Part shown: positions 37,521 through 49,605 of the stretch, piece by piece
How the letters are laid out: every line of letters begins with the position of its first letter
Numbering within the stretch: position 1 is the stretch's first letter
Source of the DNA: Carcharhinus amblyrhynchos
Lineage: Eukaryota
NCBI GenBank assembly: GCA_965287045.1
Contig: OZ336874.1
Span: forward strand, 84,072,001-84,136,000
Reading direction: 5' to 3'
DNA length: 64,000 bases
Notes under the pieces: model-generated
The model's input: only the letters and a program-made list of their open reading frames with translations
The model's database searches: none
Told to the model about the DNA's origin: nothing
Translations under genes and position numbers: made by a program

Positions 37521-38600
37521 GGGGAGCAATTCTCCCATCCTGCTGAAGGCCAGGATATTTAGGCGGCACCCGATCCGTGGGTTGCACACTGGGCATCCAG
37601 TGGAGGGAAGGTGATGGCCAATTGGTATTATCACTAGACTATTATTCCAGAAGTTCAGCCCATGTTCTGGGAACGCAGGTTCGAATCCCACTACGGCAGA
37701 TGGTGAAATCAATTTTTTAAAAATCTGAAATTAAGGATCTACTGATGACTATGAAACCATTGTCAATTGTCGGAAAAACCCATCTGGTTCACTAATGTCC
37801 TTTAGGGAAGGAAATTTGTCACTCTTATTCAGTCTGGCCTACATGTGACTGCAGACCCACTGCAATGTGGTTGACTCTCAACTGCCCTCCAAGGGCAACT
37901 AGGGATGGGCAATAAATGCTGGACAGCCAGCAATGCCCATGTCCTATGAACGGATTTTAAAAAATCCAGTCCTGAGCATGTCTCCCAGCAGTGGATTTCT
38001 GGCACTGTCAGCTCTGTGCAGGAAATCGGTGCAGAGCCACATCATTCATGTTCGTGGAAATTTAAATCTAATTTAAATGTAATTAGTGGGCCCAGAGATT
38101 TCAGTGCCAGCCCTACTAGCTTCTTCCCACCCCTCCCCCCACCAGTATTTTGCTCCAGCGGGGTTTAAAGTAGCTCCCCACTTTCGGGGAGCTGGCAGCC
38201 TGACCCCGCTGGAGTGAAGTAAGGGCAATTGGGACCCCCCCCACAAGAGGATTAGGTCCCCTGAGCATTGGCACCTTGGCACTACCAAAGGGGCAAAGTG
38301 CTAATTCCCAGGGACGCCTTGGCACAGCCTGTTGGGCATGAGGCACTACCAAGAGGGTGGAGCTCAATGGGGCAACCTCATGGGAGGCAGGATCTCCAAG
38401 GGTGATCTGTGGGTTTGAGTGTCCCACTGACACTCTGCATTTGGGCTGAGTGAGAGAGGGAGGGCGGCCAGCGGTGGGGCTAACCATCAGGGTCGGGAGG
38501 GAAGCCTGCTGGGGGGGGTCGGGGCTGCAGGGAGGGGTCAGGATGGCAGGGTGGGGGGTGTGGTTCAGGATTGCGTGCAAGTACAAAATACAGGATTTAC
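37521..38600. mobile_element. Harbinger-like non-autonomous element related to 7150-8236, with nested SINE
   Basis: TIR-like GGGGAGCAATTCTCCCA; GC-rich GGCAC/GTGCC-rich interior antiparallel to ~7480-8100. Confidence 0.5.
37602..37963 (+). mobile_element. Full-length tRNA-derived SINE with family B LINE tail
   Basis: A box TGGCCAATTGG, B box GGTTCGAATCCC, tail CAAGGGCAACTAGGGATGGGCAATAAATGCTGG; TSD ATCCAGT at 37595-37601 and 37964-37970. Confidence 0.88.
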
Positions 38601-39687
38601 GTACTTCATTTTGGATTCTAGGCAATAATTTAGTGCAAAGCTTTTGTCACAGTTTTTCTGGCTCCACTGTTTGTAAGCTTATATCTTTGCTGCCCATGCG
38701 TATGTACATGGGAAGACAGTAAAAAAAATCACAAAGGCAAACTCTGACTGACGAAAGAGTCAGAGTTTGCCTGCTTGAAATTTCACATGACACCTCTGAA
38801 ATCTTTTGAACAAACTAAACAATCCACTCTTTTCATTTAGTGTTCTCCTGAGACTATCAAAAAGCTTTGCCTTTTTTTTCTGAGGGTGCTTATGTGATGT
38901 TTTGCTCTTAGACAAATATAATCGGTGAATACCAAGTGAATAGCTGCTGTTATATATCTAAATCCCTGTGAAGCTTTGGTTCAATTACTTTTAATGTTTG
39001 ACATAGGAGCAGCCTGGAGGCCTAGTGGTAAAACATTCAGCTCACATTTCTTTTATTGGATCTTAGTTTGTGTGGTTGAATTTGTTGGTGTTCCCTGCCA
39101 GATCCTGGAGGTTCACTGGTTATAAACTTACAAATTTGGCATGGTTACTCAAAGTCTCTTGTCTGCTTACTTATGCACACACCTCCTCTCCACCCCCAAG
39201 TAACTCTGCATCCTGTTGGCAAACCATGTAATCTGCATGGTGTTAATATTAATTGCACCAGTAGCAAAGGGTGCAATTGCAGCTGGACAGAAGCCAGTAT
39301 GAATTTTGTGATGCCTAATATGATTCAATCACATCAGGGATTACAACCAGTGTCAGTCATGGTTTTTGAAGGATGTTTCTTTATATATGATTTGTTGACC
39401 ATCAAGAGAGTTTATTGGCTTCCTGCCTACCTCTTACAGCTTGTTCCACAGGTTGAGCAGGATGAAACAGGTCATTAAGATATCTTGTTTTTCTTACTGA
39501 ACTCCAATGGATAGAATAGAAAGCAAAAATCAGCAATAATCTCTCGAGAACTCAGAGGCCAACTTTATTGCAGCAAAGTGTAATTCCTCAAGATGGCAAA
39601 TAGCCAATCTTAGCACGGTGTCAGTCCAAGACATGTGCCAAGAAAAGGCTAGCCACATATCTCAAGGAAGGGAATGAAATTCATTGC

Positions 39688-40985
39688 ATTGATTTGATTT
39701 ATTATTGTCACATGTATGAACATACAGTGAAAAGTATTGTTTCTTGCGTGCTATACAGATAAAACATACCATTCATAGAGAAGGAAACGAGAAGGTGCAG
39801 AATGTAGTGTTACAGTCATAGCTAGTTGTGGAGAAAGATCAACTTAATGCAAGATAAGTCCATTCAAAAGTCTGTCAGCAGCAGGAAAGAAGCTGTTCTT
39901 GAGTTGGTTGGGATGTGACCTCAGACTTTTGTATCTTTTTCCTGGAAGAAGGTGGAAGAGAGAATGTCCAGGGTGCTTGGGGTCCTTAATTATGCTGGCT
40001 GCTTCGCTGAGGCAGTGGGAAATGTCAACAGAGTCAACGGATGGGAGGCTGGTTTGGGCTACATTCATGATCTTTGTAGTTCCTTGCGGTCTTGGGCAGA
40101 GCAGGAGCCATACCAAGCTGTCATACAACCAGAAAGAATGCTTTCTGTGGTTCAGGTGTAAAAGTTGGTGAGAGTCGGAGCTGACATGACAAATTTCCTT
40201 AGTCTTCTGAAAAAGCAGAGATGTTGGTGGGTTTTCTTAACTATAATATCGGACAGGTTGTTGGTGATCTGGACACCTAAAAACTTGAAGCTGTCGACCC
40301 TTTCTACTTCATCCCCATTTATGTAGACAGGGGTATGTTCTCCTTTATGCTTCCTAAGTCAATGACAATCCCTTTCGTTTTGTTGACATTGAGGGAGAGA
40401 TTATTGTTGCCGCACCAGTTCACCAGATTCTGTATCTCATTCCTGTACTCTGTCTCATCAGTGTTTGAGATCTGATCCACTACAGTGGTGTCATCAGCAA
40501 ACTTGAAAATTGAATTGCAGGGGAATTTGGCCACACAGTCATAGATGTATAAGGAGTATAGTAGGGGACTGAGAACACAGCCTTGTGGGACACCAGTGCT
40601 GAGGATGATCGTGGAGGAAGTGTTGTTGCCTATCCTTACTGATTGTGGTCTGTGAGTTAGGAAGTTCAGGATCCAATCGTGGAGGGAGGTGCCGAGGCCC
40701 AGGCCAGAGTTTGGAGATAAGTTTTGTGGGATTAATAGTGTTGAAGGCCGAGCTGTAGTCAATAAATAGGAGTCTGACATAGGCGTCCTTGTTATCTCGG
40801 TGTTCCAGGGTTGAGTGCAGGATCAAAGAGATGGCGTCTGCTGTGGACCCCTGTTACAGCAGTAGGCAAGCTGCAGGGGATTTAGATAGTCCGGGAGACT
40901 GGAATTGATTTGTGCCATGACTAGCCTTTTGAAGCACTTCATAATGATGGATGTCAGAGCCACCATCCAAGAGTCATTAAGGATT
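39688..40985 (-). mobile_element. Rex1/Babar-type LINE RT and 3' end
   Basis: [58 protein letters not shown]; (GATTT)n tail. Confidence 0.93.
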
Positions 40986-41249
40986 CAAGTGAACGCATAG
41001 CAACTAATAGCAGTTTGATCACTTAGTGTTTTGGTAAAAGAAGTGTAGGTTAATTGGCCAAAGTAAATTGGAGACAAAAAGAAGTGAAAATATCGATATT
41101 TTCTTCCTTCCAACTTAATTTTGCAGAATCATGCATTATTTATTGGCTCAAGCAAACCTCAGTATAAAGAACTGAACATAAAGCTCTATTCCTACATTGA
41201 TGGGGTTAGATGAAGAAAGGTAGGAGGAGGCTCTTGTGGAGCATAAGTA

Positions 41250-41765
41250 GCATTCATGCCACATAAATGCCAAGAAATGACCACCTCCAACAAGAGAGAA
41301 TCTAAACATTGTCCCTTAATGTTCAGTGGCATTAGTATCACTGAATCCCACACTATCAACATCTTGGGAGTTACCATTGACCAGAAATTGAACTGGATTA
41401 GCCATATAAATTCTATGGTTAGAGAGCAGGTAAGAAGCTAGAAATTCTGTGGTGAGTAACACCCCGTGACTCCCCAAATCTGCCCGCAATCCACAAGGCA
41501 CAAGTCAAGAGTGTGATGGAATACTTTGCACTTGCCTGGATAAGTGCAGCTTCAATAAAACTCAAGAATGTAACACCATCCAGGACAAAGCAGCCGGCTT
41601 GATTAGCGTGCCATTCATAGTCATTCACTTCCTTCACACATATTAGCAGCAGTGTGTGCCATCGACAAGATTCAAGCAGGTAGTTCACCACCACCGTCTC
41701 AAGGGCAAATAAGGATGGGCAATAAATGGTGGATTAACCAGCAAAGCCCATATCCTATGAATGAG
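41250..41765 (+). mobile_element. Family B LINE 3' fragment
   Basis: PHKCQEMTTSNKRES..INILGVTIDQKLNWISHIN; tail GGATGGGCAATAAATG. Confidence 0.85.
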
Positions 41766-41924
41766 GTTTTAAGATTTTAAAAATAACCACTGACATTAAC
41801 CTGTTGAGTCATTTGGATATTTTCTGTGTTGTAAATATTTTGTAATACAACTTAATGCAGGGATGAATTTTTGTCTTTATAATGTGGGTGGTAATCTGGG
41901 TTATATTTTTCTTATTTTTATTAA

Positions 41925-43155
41925 TTTACAGGATATGGGCTTTGCTGGCTAATCCAGCGTTTATTGCCCATCCTTGCCCTTGAGACAGTAGTAGTAAGCT
42001 GCCTTCTTGAACTATTGCAGTCCTGGAGGTGTAAGTACACAAAGAGATTTTAAAAACGGAGTTCCAGGATTGTGGCCCAACGATAGTGAAGGAACGACAA
42101 TATATTTCCAAGTCAGGATGGTGAATGGCTTGGAGGAGAACATCAAATTGGTGGTGTTCCCATGTGTCTGCTGCTCTTGTCTTTCTCGTTCGTTGTGTTT
42201 GTGACTTTGGATGGTACTGTCTAAGGAGCCTTTGTGAGTTCCTGCAGTGCATCTTGCGGACGGTAAACATTGCAGATACACACAGTTCACTGATTATGGA
42301 GGGAATAACGTTTGTGGAAGGAGTACCAAAGAAGTGGGCTGTCTTGTTTTGAATGGTACTGAGTTAATGCATGTTTGTGGAACTGCATTCAGTTAAGCAA
42401 GCTGAGAGCGCACTCCTGACTTGTATCTTGTAGATGGTGGACAAGCTTTGGGGATTCAGGAGTTCAGTTACTCACTGGGGGATTCAGATCCTCAGATAGT
42501 TTTAGTAGTCACAGTATTTATATGGGCTTGTCAGGTTCAATTTCTGGCCAATATTAATTTTAGGATGCTGATAGTCGGCTTTGGAGCGCCAGTGAATGTC
42601 AAGGCGCAATGGCTTGATTCTCTCTTGTTGGAGATGGTAATTGTGTGGTTTGAATGTTATTTGCCACTTGTCAGAACAAGCTTCCATATTGTTTAAGTCT
42701 TTTGTATTTGGTCATGGGCTGTTTCAGTATCTGAGGAGTCACATATAATGCTGAACATTGTGCAGTCATCAGCGATCGTCCACATTTCTGACTGTATGAT
42801 GGAAGGAAGATCATTGATAAAGCAATTAAAAATTGTTGGGCCTTGAACACTATTCTGAAAAATTCCTGCAGTGGGGTCCTGGAGCTGGGATGATTGTCCT
42901 TTAGCCACCACAACCATCTTCCTTGTACTAGGTATGATTCAACCAGTGGAGGGATTTCCTCCCGATTCCCATTGACTCTAGTTTTCGGGCTTCTTAATGC
43001 CACACTGGGTCACATGCTGCCTTGATGTCAAGGACAGTTACTCTCACCTCGCTTTTTGGGTGCAGCCCTTTTGTCTATGTTTGAACTAAGGCTGTAATGA
43101 GGTCAGGACCTGGATGGCCCTGGCAAAACTCAAGCTGAACATCAGTGAGCAGATA
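41925..43155 (-). mobile_element. Family B LINE RT and 3' end, tail-to-tail with the previous copy
   Basis: VVVAKGQSSQLQD..GPTIFNCFINDLPSIIQSE..ADDCTMFS; tail at ~41930-41980. Confidence 0.87.
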
Positions 43156-43649
43156 GGGGTACTGCAAAAGGAGCAGTAAGGATGGCACTTCTTTTCTGGA
43201 AACTGTATGATTTTTATCCCTTTGAAATAAATATCAGCTTAATATAATCAATCAGATTAGCTATAAAGCACAGCCAAATGGCCCCAGCAGTAGTAAAGGC
43301 AAGAATCAAACCCCGTGAGTCAAAGTGGTGAGGAAATTTCCAATGTAGAGTGAAAGTAGTGGTAAATAGGAAAAATTATTAATCATGTATAACAAGTATT
43401 ACAGCAATGAACTTTGTGTAAAATAAGCAAGTATTTTCACATTTGTTAAGTTAACATTGCACAGAGTGAAGCCTATGCAACATAATTCAAGAGCAGGTGA
43501 TGAACAAAATAACTTGCAAATACTATCCTTACTCCTGAAGCCCATTGTAGCTATGCTTTCCATTCTAACTGAAATCAGCTAATCCATCTGGAATCATTTC
43601 CATACATATATGTATGAATTTCTTCAATCAGAGAATGGTGAATCTAGAG

Positions 43650-43897
43650 ATGTACAAGGCAGGATTTTTACACAGAGGGTGATGGGTGCCTGGAACTCAC
43701 TGCCAGGGAGGTAGTGGAAGCAGATGCGATAGTGAATTCCAAGGGGCATCTTGACAAATATATGAATAGGATAGGAACGGAGGGATATGATCCCTGGAAG
43801 GGTCGGGGGTTTTAGTTAAGTCGGGCAGCATGGTTGGAGCAGGCTTGGAGGCCGAAGGGCCTGTTCTTGTGCTGTAATTTGCTTTGTTCTTTGTTCT
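43650..43897 (+). mobile_element. CR1 3' end
   Basis: FFTQRVMGAWNSLP; GGCCGAAGGGCCTGTT tail with TTTGTTC repeats. Confidence 0.85.
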
Positions 43898-44004
43898 AAC
43901 CAGCTGTGGAGGAAGAGCAGAGAACCAACGTAATTCCTAGCTTTCAGTTCAGATTTCATGATCAGCAATCAAAGCTGCTCACCCTGACCCCAAAGAATCA
44001 TAAA

Positions 44005-44310
44005 ATCCCATAGAATGCCTACATTGCAGAAGGAGGCATTCAGCCTATCAGTCCACCGAGTCTGCACTAACAACAAGCCTACCTAGGCTCTATCCCATAA
44101 CTCCAGGTATTTACCCTGCTTATCCCCCTGACACTATGGGACAATTTTTAGCCTAATCAACTTTTGGAGTGTGAGAAGAAACCAGCAGAAACCCATGCAC
44201 ACACAGGGGGAACGTGCAAACTCCACACAGAATGGAGTTCACCGAAGGCCAGGATTAAATCCAGGTCCTTGGCGCTGTGAGTCAGCAATGTTAACAACAG
44301 TACCACCCTG
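44005..44310 (-). mobile_element. HE1-type V-SINE
   Basis: Reverse complement has a tRNA-like head, GTGGAGTTTGCAC and a GATTCTATGG..ATGATTCT-type tail. Confidence 0.8.
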
Positions 44311-44727
44311 GACTGGAATACTGTGTACAAAGATCTAGTGATCTCTGCAGCTTAAATTTCCCCTTTTGTTAGTTTGAATCTGGCACCAATGTCAAGGGAA
44401 TCTCTAGATGTTCTGCAAAGGAGAAATCATCAAACAAGGTAAACAACCAATCATATGGAAGTATTCTCACAAACAACAAGGTCGGATATAAAATGCCCTG
44501 ATTGTCCTTCCCTTCTTATTACATTTTACAGGGAGCAAAATAAATGATTGTGTTATGCAGATGGGATTAAGGTAGAAACTGAAATATCATAAATTCTTTA
44601 AAAATAATTATTTTTTAAAAAAAGTTCATCATAATAGAGGGATTTGACATTTCAGAAATATAAAATTAGACTTTCAGAACCAGAAAGCTTTTTTTTAGCA
44701 AAAATTAAGGATTTAATAAACTAATTA

Positions 44728-46030
44728 CATAAGAACATAAGAAATAGGAGCAGGAGTAGGCCATCTAGCCCTTCGAGCCTGCCCCACCATTCAATAAGAT
44801 CATGGCTGATCTGAAGTGGATCAGTTCCACTTTCCCTCCTTCTCCCCATAACCCTTAATTCCCTTGTCTGTCAGAAACCTATCTACCCGTGACTTAAGTA
44901 TATTTAGCGAAGTAGCCTCCACCACTTCAACGGGCAGAGAATCCCAGAGATTCGCCATCCTTTGAGTGAAGAAGTTCCTCCTCAACTCTGATCTAAACTC
45001 CACGCCCCCCCCCCCTTATCTTGAGGCTGTGTCCTCTCGTCCTGCTATCCTTCCTAAGCAGGAAGAATCTCTCTACCTCTACCCTATCCATCCCTTTCGT
45101 TATCTTATACGTTTCTATAAGATCCCCCCCCCATCCTTCTAAACTCCAACGAGTACAGACCCAGTCTATTTAGTCTCTCTTCATAGGCCAACTCCCTCAT
45201 CCCCAGTATCAGCCTAGTGAACCTCCTCTGCACTCCCTCCAAGGCCAATATATCCTTCCGCAAGTGCGGCGACCAAAACTGCGCACAGTACTCCAGCTGC
45301 AGCCTCACCAGTACCCTGTACAGTTGCAGCAAGACCTCCCTACTTTGATATTCTATCCCCCTCGTGATAAAGGCCAACATTCCATTCGCCTTCTTGATCA
45401 CCTGCTGCACCTGCAGACTGGGTTTTTGCAACTCGTGCACAAGGACCCCCAGGTCCCCCTGCACCGTAGCATGTTGCAGCTTTTTGCCTTTTAAATAATA
45501 ATCCCTCCTACTATTATTTCTGCCGAAGTGGATAACCTCACACTTGCTAACATTATACTCCATCAGCCAGGTCCTCGCATACTCGCTCAGCCTATCCAGA
45601 TCTCTCTGCAGACTTTCCACACCCTCCATACAATTTGCTTTTCCACTCATCTTTGTGTCATCAGCAAATTTCGTCACCCTACACTCAGCCCCTTCCTCCA
45701 GGTCATCTATATAAATGGTAAACAGTAGAGGCCCCAGCACCGATCCCTGCGGCACTCCACTAGTCACCAACTGCCAACCAGAATAGCACCCATTGATACC
45801 AACTCTTTGCTTCCTATTAGATAGCCAATCCTCCACGCTAAAACCTTACCCCCAACTCCGTTCACCCTAACCTTTTGCAGCAACCTTTTGTGAGGCACCT
45901 TATTAAACGCCTTTTGGAAATGTAAAATCACCACATCCACCAGTTCCCCTCTGTCTACAGCACTAGTCACATCCTCATAGAAATCCAATAAATTCGTCAA
46001 ACACGACTTCCCCTTAACGAATCTGTGCTG
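44728..46030 (-). mobile_element. Fairly young CR1 (sister subfamily of 19285-20617) with frameshifts
   Basis: ORFs 45764-46000, 45105-45836 and 44821-45003 tile the RT domain; same (TTCTTATG)n tail. Confidence 0.95.
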
Positions 46031-46297
46031 AGATTAAAAAATCTCATTCAACAAGCTGCAACTTTTTCAAAGAAAGAAGTTAACACTGTATGTGGCTAAG
46101 TTGTCATCAATTCAGTGATTTCCAATTGATTAAACAGCACACCACAGGAAGAAGGTAATATCACTGATAGCAACTTCTGAATTTCTGCCTTTAATTGCAT
46201 GTAGAGGAGTGGCTGTCAGTTTCAGTTTTGCCTTACTTTTGCAAAATTTGGTCTTATCTTTTACATTTGTATCTGTCTTTTTCTCTGTCATGGATAA

Positions 46298-46317
46298 ACA
46301 CACACACACACACACAC
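46298..46317. repeat. (AC)n microsatellite
   Basis: About 10 AC units read directly. Confidence 0.9.
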
Positions 46318-47101
46318 AAAGGAAAATGTGTTCAAATGCATATTGGAAATGTGGAAATATAAATCAAATTGCACAGCTGGCTATAACATATTTTATTTCT
46401 GCCATGATTTGGTAATTTATGGGTTTTTTTCAAATAAATTATCCTGCAAACTATACTAGCGGTGGGAGGCAGAAATAAGAATATTGTTTGTCTTATTTCA
46501 TCTGGTATTACTTTGATTATCATCTCTTATTGAATTCTGTTGCCTAGAAATCATGCTGTGCAGTATTACTCTACTGATGCCCTAACTAATTTGTGTGAAA
46601 TTACATTGCTTTTTAACAGAATTTAATCCATTTTTTTATTTGTTCTGATATTAAAATACAATTTCTTGACATTCATATTTTATTGATTATAAGTTCATTG
46701 TTGAAAGGGTACTTATGGTGTTATAATTACAGGATTTAACTTTCTATAGTGAGTTTGGTAGACAAGTGCATAAAAACCTTGGGCAGATTAACAATGAAAC
46801 ATTAATTCTGCGAAGATAAGGAAGTTGCCAAGCAACTTATGGCAATTCAGAATTCATGGGGTATTTCTTCCTCCCCACCAGTTGCTGGCCAACTTCCACA
46901 TTATCCACATGTGTGTCATCCAAGTTTGAGACCGGTATATTTGACCTACATTATGTAACATCACTGTTGAATTTATTAATGGTGAATAATTCATTGTGCA
47001 AGTTCAGAAAGTTAGTGTGTAAAGCTAGTCCTGCAGAGGGAGACATTGTTCAAGAAATAACTACTCTCTTTTCTCCTGCTGAACATCCTCCAAAGTAGTC
47101 A

Positions 47102-47177
47102 TGATGTGGAGATGCTGGCGTTGGACTGGGGTAAACACAGTAAGAAGTCTGACAACACCAGGTTTAAACCTGGTGTT
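47102..47177. mobile_element. Minimal Penelope terminus (tail plus fold-back)
   Basis: TGATGTGGAGATGCTGGCGTTGGACTGGGGTAAACACAGTAAGAAGTCT matches ~12607-12655; ends in a 24-bp perfect palindrome. Confidence 0.85.
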
Positions 47178-47928
47178 TAGATCAGAAAAAAATAACAAGT
47201 GAACAATAAAAAGCATGATATGAAAAATCCCAGCACCAAAATGTAGCTGATGAGGTGGCATGACATCAGTCTGATTTTCGTTCACCAGCTGACAGTTAAG
47301 TATATTGTCATCCCAGTGAAGATTCTCCTGTGGTATCTGTACTATCACTAAGTGGTGCTTTGGGCAAGGCATTTTCTCAGCTGTCACTCAGCAAAAGTAA
47401 AGGTTGACTTCTCCAAAATGACAAGTTAAAATAACCTGCCAAGTTTGGCATGTAAGTGATAATGATAACTCCATGATCATACGGAGCAATTTTTACAATG
47501 GAGTGTAGAAAAATTAATGTGTAATGAAAATTTTCACCCTACAATCACTTGAACTCAATTCTTGTGTCTATAAAGATTTCCATGTTTCTATTGTGACATT
47601 CGCAGGCCCTAACTCTTACACAAGTGAATGGATGGTGAATTTCTAGTAGAGTTTATCTGCGCTCTGCCATAACTTCAGTAGAAGAGCCTTGAAATGCCTC
47701 TGGAAATTCACTCTCCCAAATCTTTAACGTACTCTCAAAATTAGCAACACCTGCCATTAGCTCCTCTTTGTAATGTTTGATGATTTGTTTGTGAATTTAA
47801 AACATTTTGCTCTGATTGTTCTTTATAATGCAATGTTAACTCACAATACAATACATTTTCACAATAATTTGTCAGATATTTGCAATCTTTGTTAAAGAGT
47901 TGATAAAATTTAGAAACCATGAGGATAA

Positions 47929-48825
47929 TTGCTGATGACACCAAAGTCGGAGGAGTGGTAGATAGTGAAGAGGGGTGTCATAGTTTACAGAGAGACTTGG
48001 ACAAGTTGCAGAGCTGGGCCGAGAGGTGGCGGATGGAGTTTAATGCGGAAAAGTGTGAGGTGATTCACTTTGGCAGGAATAACAGATGTGTAGAGTATAG
48101 GGCTAACGGTAGGACTCTAAATAGTGTTGATGAACAGAGGGATCTAGGTGTATGTGTACATAGATCCCTGAAAGTTGGGAATCAAGTAGATAAAGTTGTT
48201 AGGAAGGCATACGGTGTCTTGGCGTTTATTGGTAGGGGGATTGAATTTAGGAGCCGCAACGTCATGTTGCAACTGTACAAAACTCTGGTGCGTCCGCACT
48301 TGGTGTATTGTGTGCAGTTCTGGTCCCCACATTATAGGAAGGATGTGGAGGCATTGGAGAGGGTGCAGAGGAGGTTTACCAGGATGTTGCCTGGTACGGA
48401 GGGAAGGTCCTATGAGGAGAGGCTGAGGGATTTGAGGTTGTTTTCGTTAGAAAGAAGGCGGCTAAGAGGGGACCTTATTGAAACATACAAGATGATTAGA
48501 GGTTTAGATAGGGTGGACAGTGATAGCCTTTTTCCTCGGATGGAGAAAGCTAGCACAAGGGGGCATAGCTTTAAATTAAGGGGTGGTAGTTATGGGACGG
48601 ATGTCAGAGGTAGGTTCTTTACCCAGAGGGTGGTGAGGGATTGGAATGCCCTGCCTGCTGCAGTTGTAAATGCGCCTAGTTTGGGGGCGTTTAAGAGATC
48701 CGTGGATAGGTTTATGGATGGAAAGGGATTGGTTTAGGTTAGAGGGTCATTGCTTTTTTAATTGGTTGGCGCAACATTGTGGGCCGAAGGGCCTGTTCTG
48801 CGCTGTAATGTTCTATGTTCTATGA
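47929..48825 (+). mobile_element. Young CR1 of another subfamily, 5'-truncated, open frame
   Basis: ADDTKVGGVVDSEE..WRMEFNAEKCEVIHFG..FFTQRVVRDWNALP, stop at 48737; (TGTTCTA)n tail. Confidence 0.95.
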
Positions 48826-49497
48826 TATCAAATCTTTGAATAATAGAAGGCATACTAATAGAAGGAATCTTTGTTTTACTGCTTAATTCACAGGACAGAT
48901 TCCTTTAATTAGTTTGGTCTTGAGCTTTTTTTTATATATAAATTATTGCAGTGCTACTGCAACTAGAAAACACATCAAACTGTCAGGTTCTGAGCCTTGA
49001 TTTTGCCTTGGGCAGGAATCAGGGACATGAAGGCTTAAGTGAACAATGACCAATATGGTACCTCAAAGTGTGAGGCCCGGGACACATCTCCCAGGTCGCA
49101 TTAACATTCTGACTCCCACCTGAAGGCAGCAGTGATAATGTGAAGACTAGCAGCAAAGAAACCCCACAATTCATGTATCTCAAGCTTGTTTACATCAAGA
49201 TATAAAGTATATCTCCCAGACATCATTAGGCAGGAAGAGAGAGGAGGGAAGGCTGAATACACATCAGAATTGACCTTCATTGCTTTTAACCCGCCTGATA
49301 CTTATTTTATATAATGTGTAAAATTCAACCTTTACAAACCTTAAAGCATCCAAATGACAAGAATGAAAGTGAAATCCATTTTATTTGTCCATATATATCC
49401 AAAGATATATTTTACAAATTACCTGTATTCATATTATTATGGTTTTATTTTATTTGTTTTATTTGATCAGTGTTATCCTTTTCATTGTTGATTCACA

Positions 49498-49605
49498 GAG
49501 AGTGAAATTGGTCTTCCTGGAAAAGAAAATCAAGAATGGTGTAAAATTGGCTGCCAATTTGCTATTACCCACTTTGCGCAACCTCTGAAGGCCAATTTCA
49601 CCCTC
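49498..49605. mobile_element. 108-bp MITE
   Basis: 19-bp TIRs GAGAGTGAAATTGGTCTTC / GAAGGCCAATTTCACCCTC (17/19). Confidence 0.65.
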
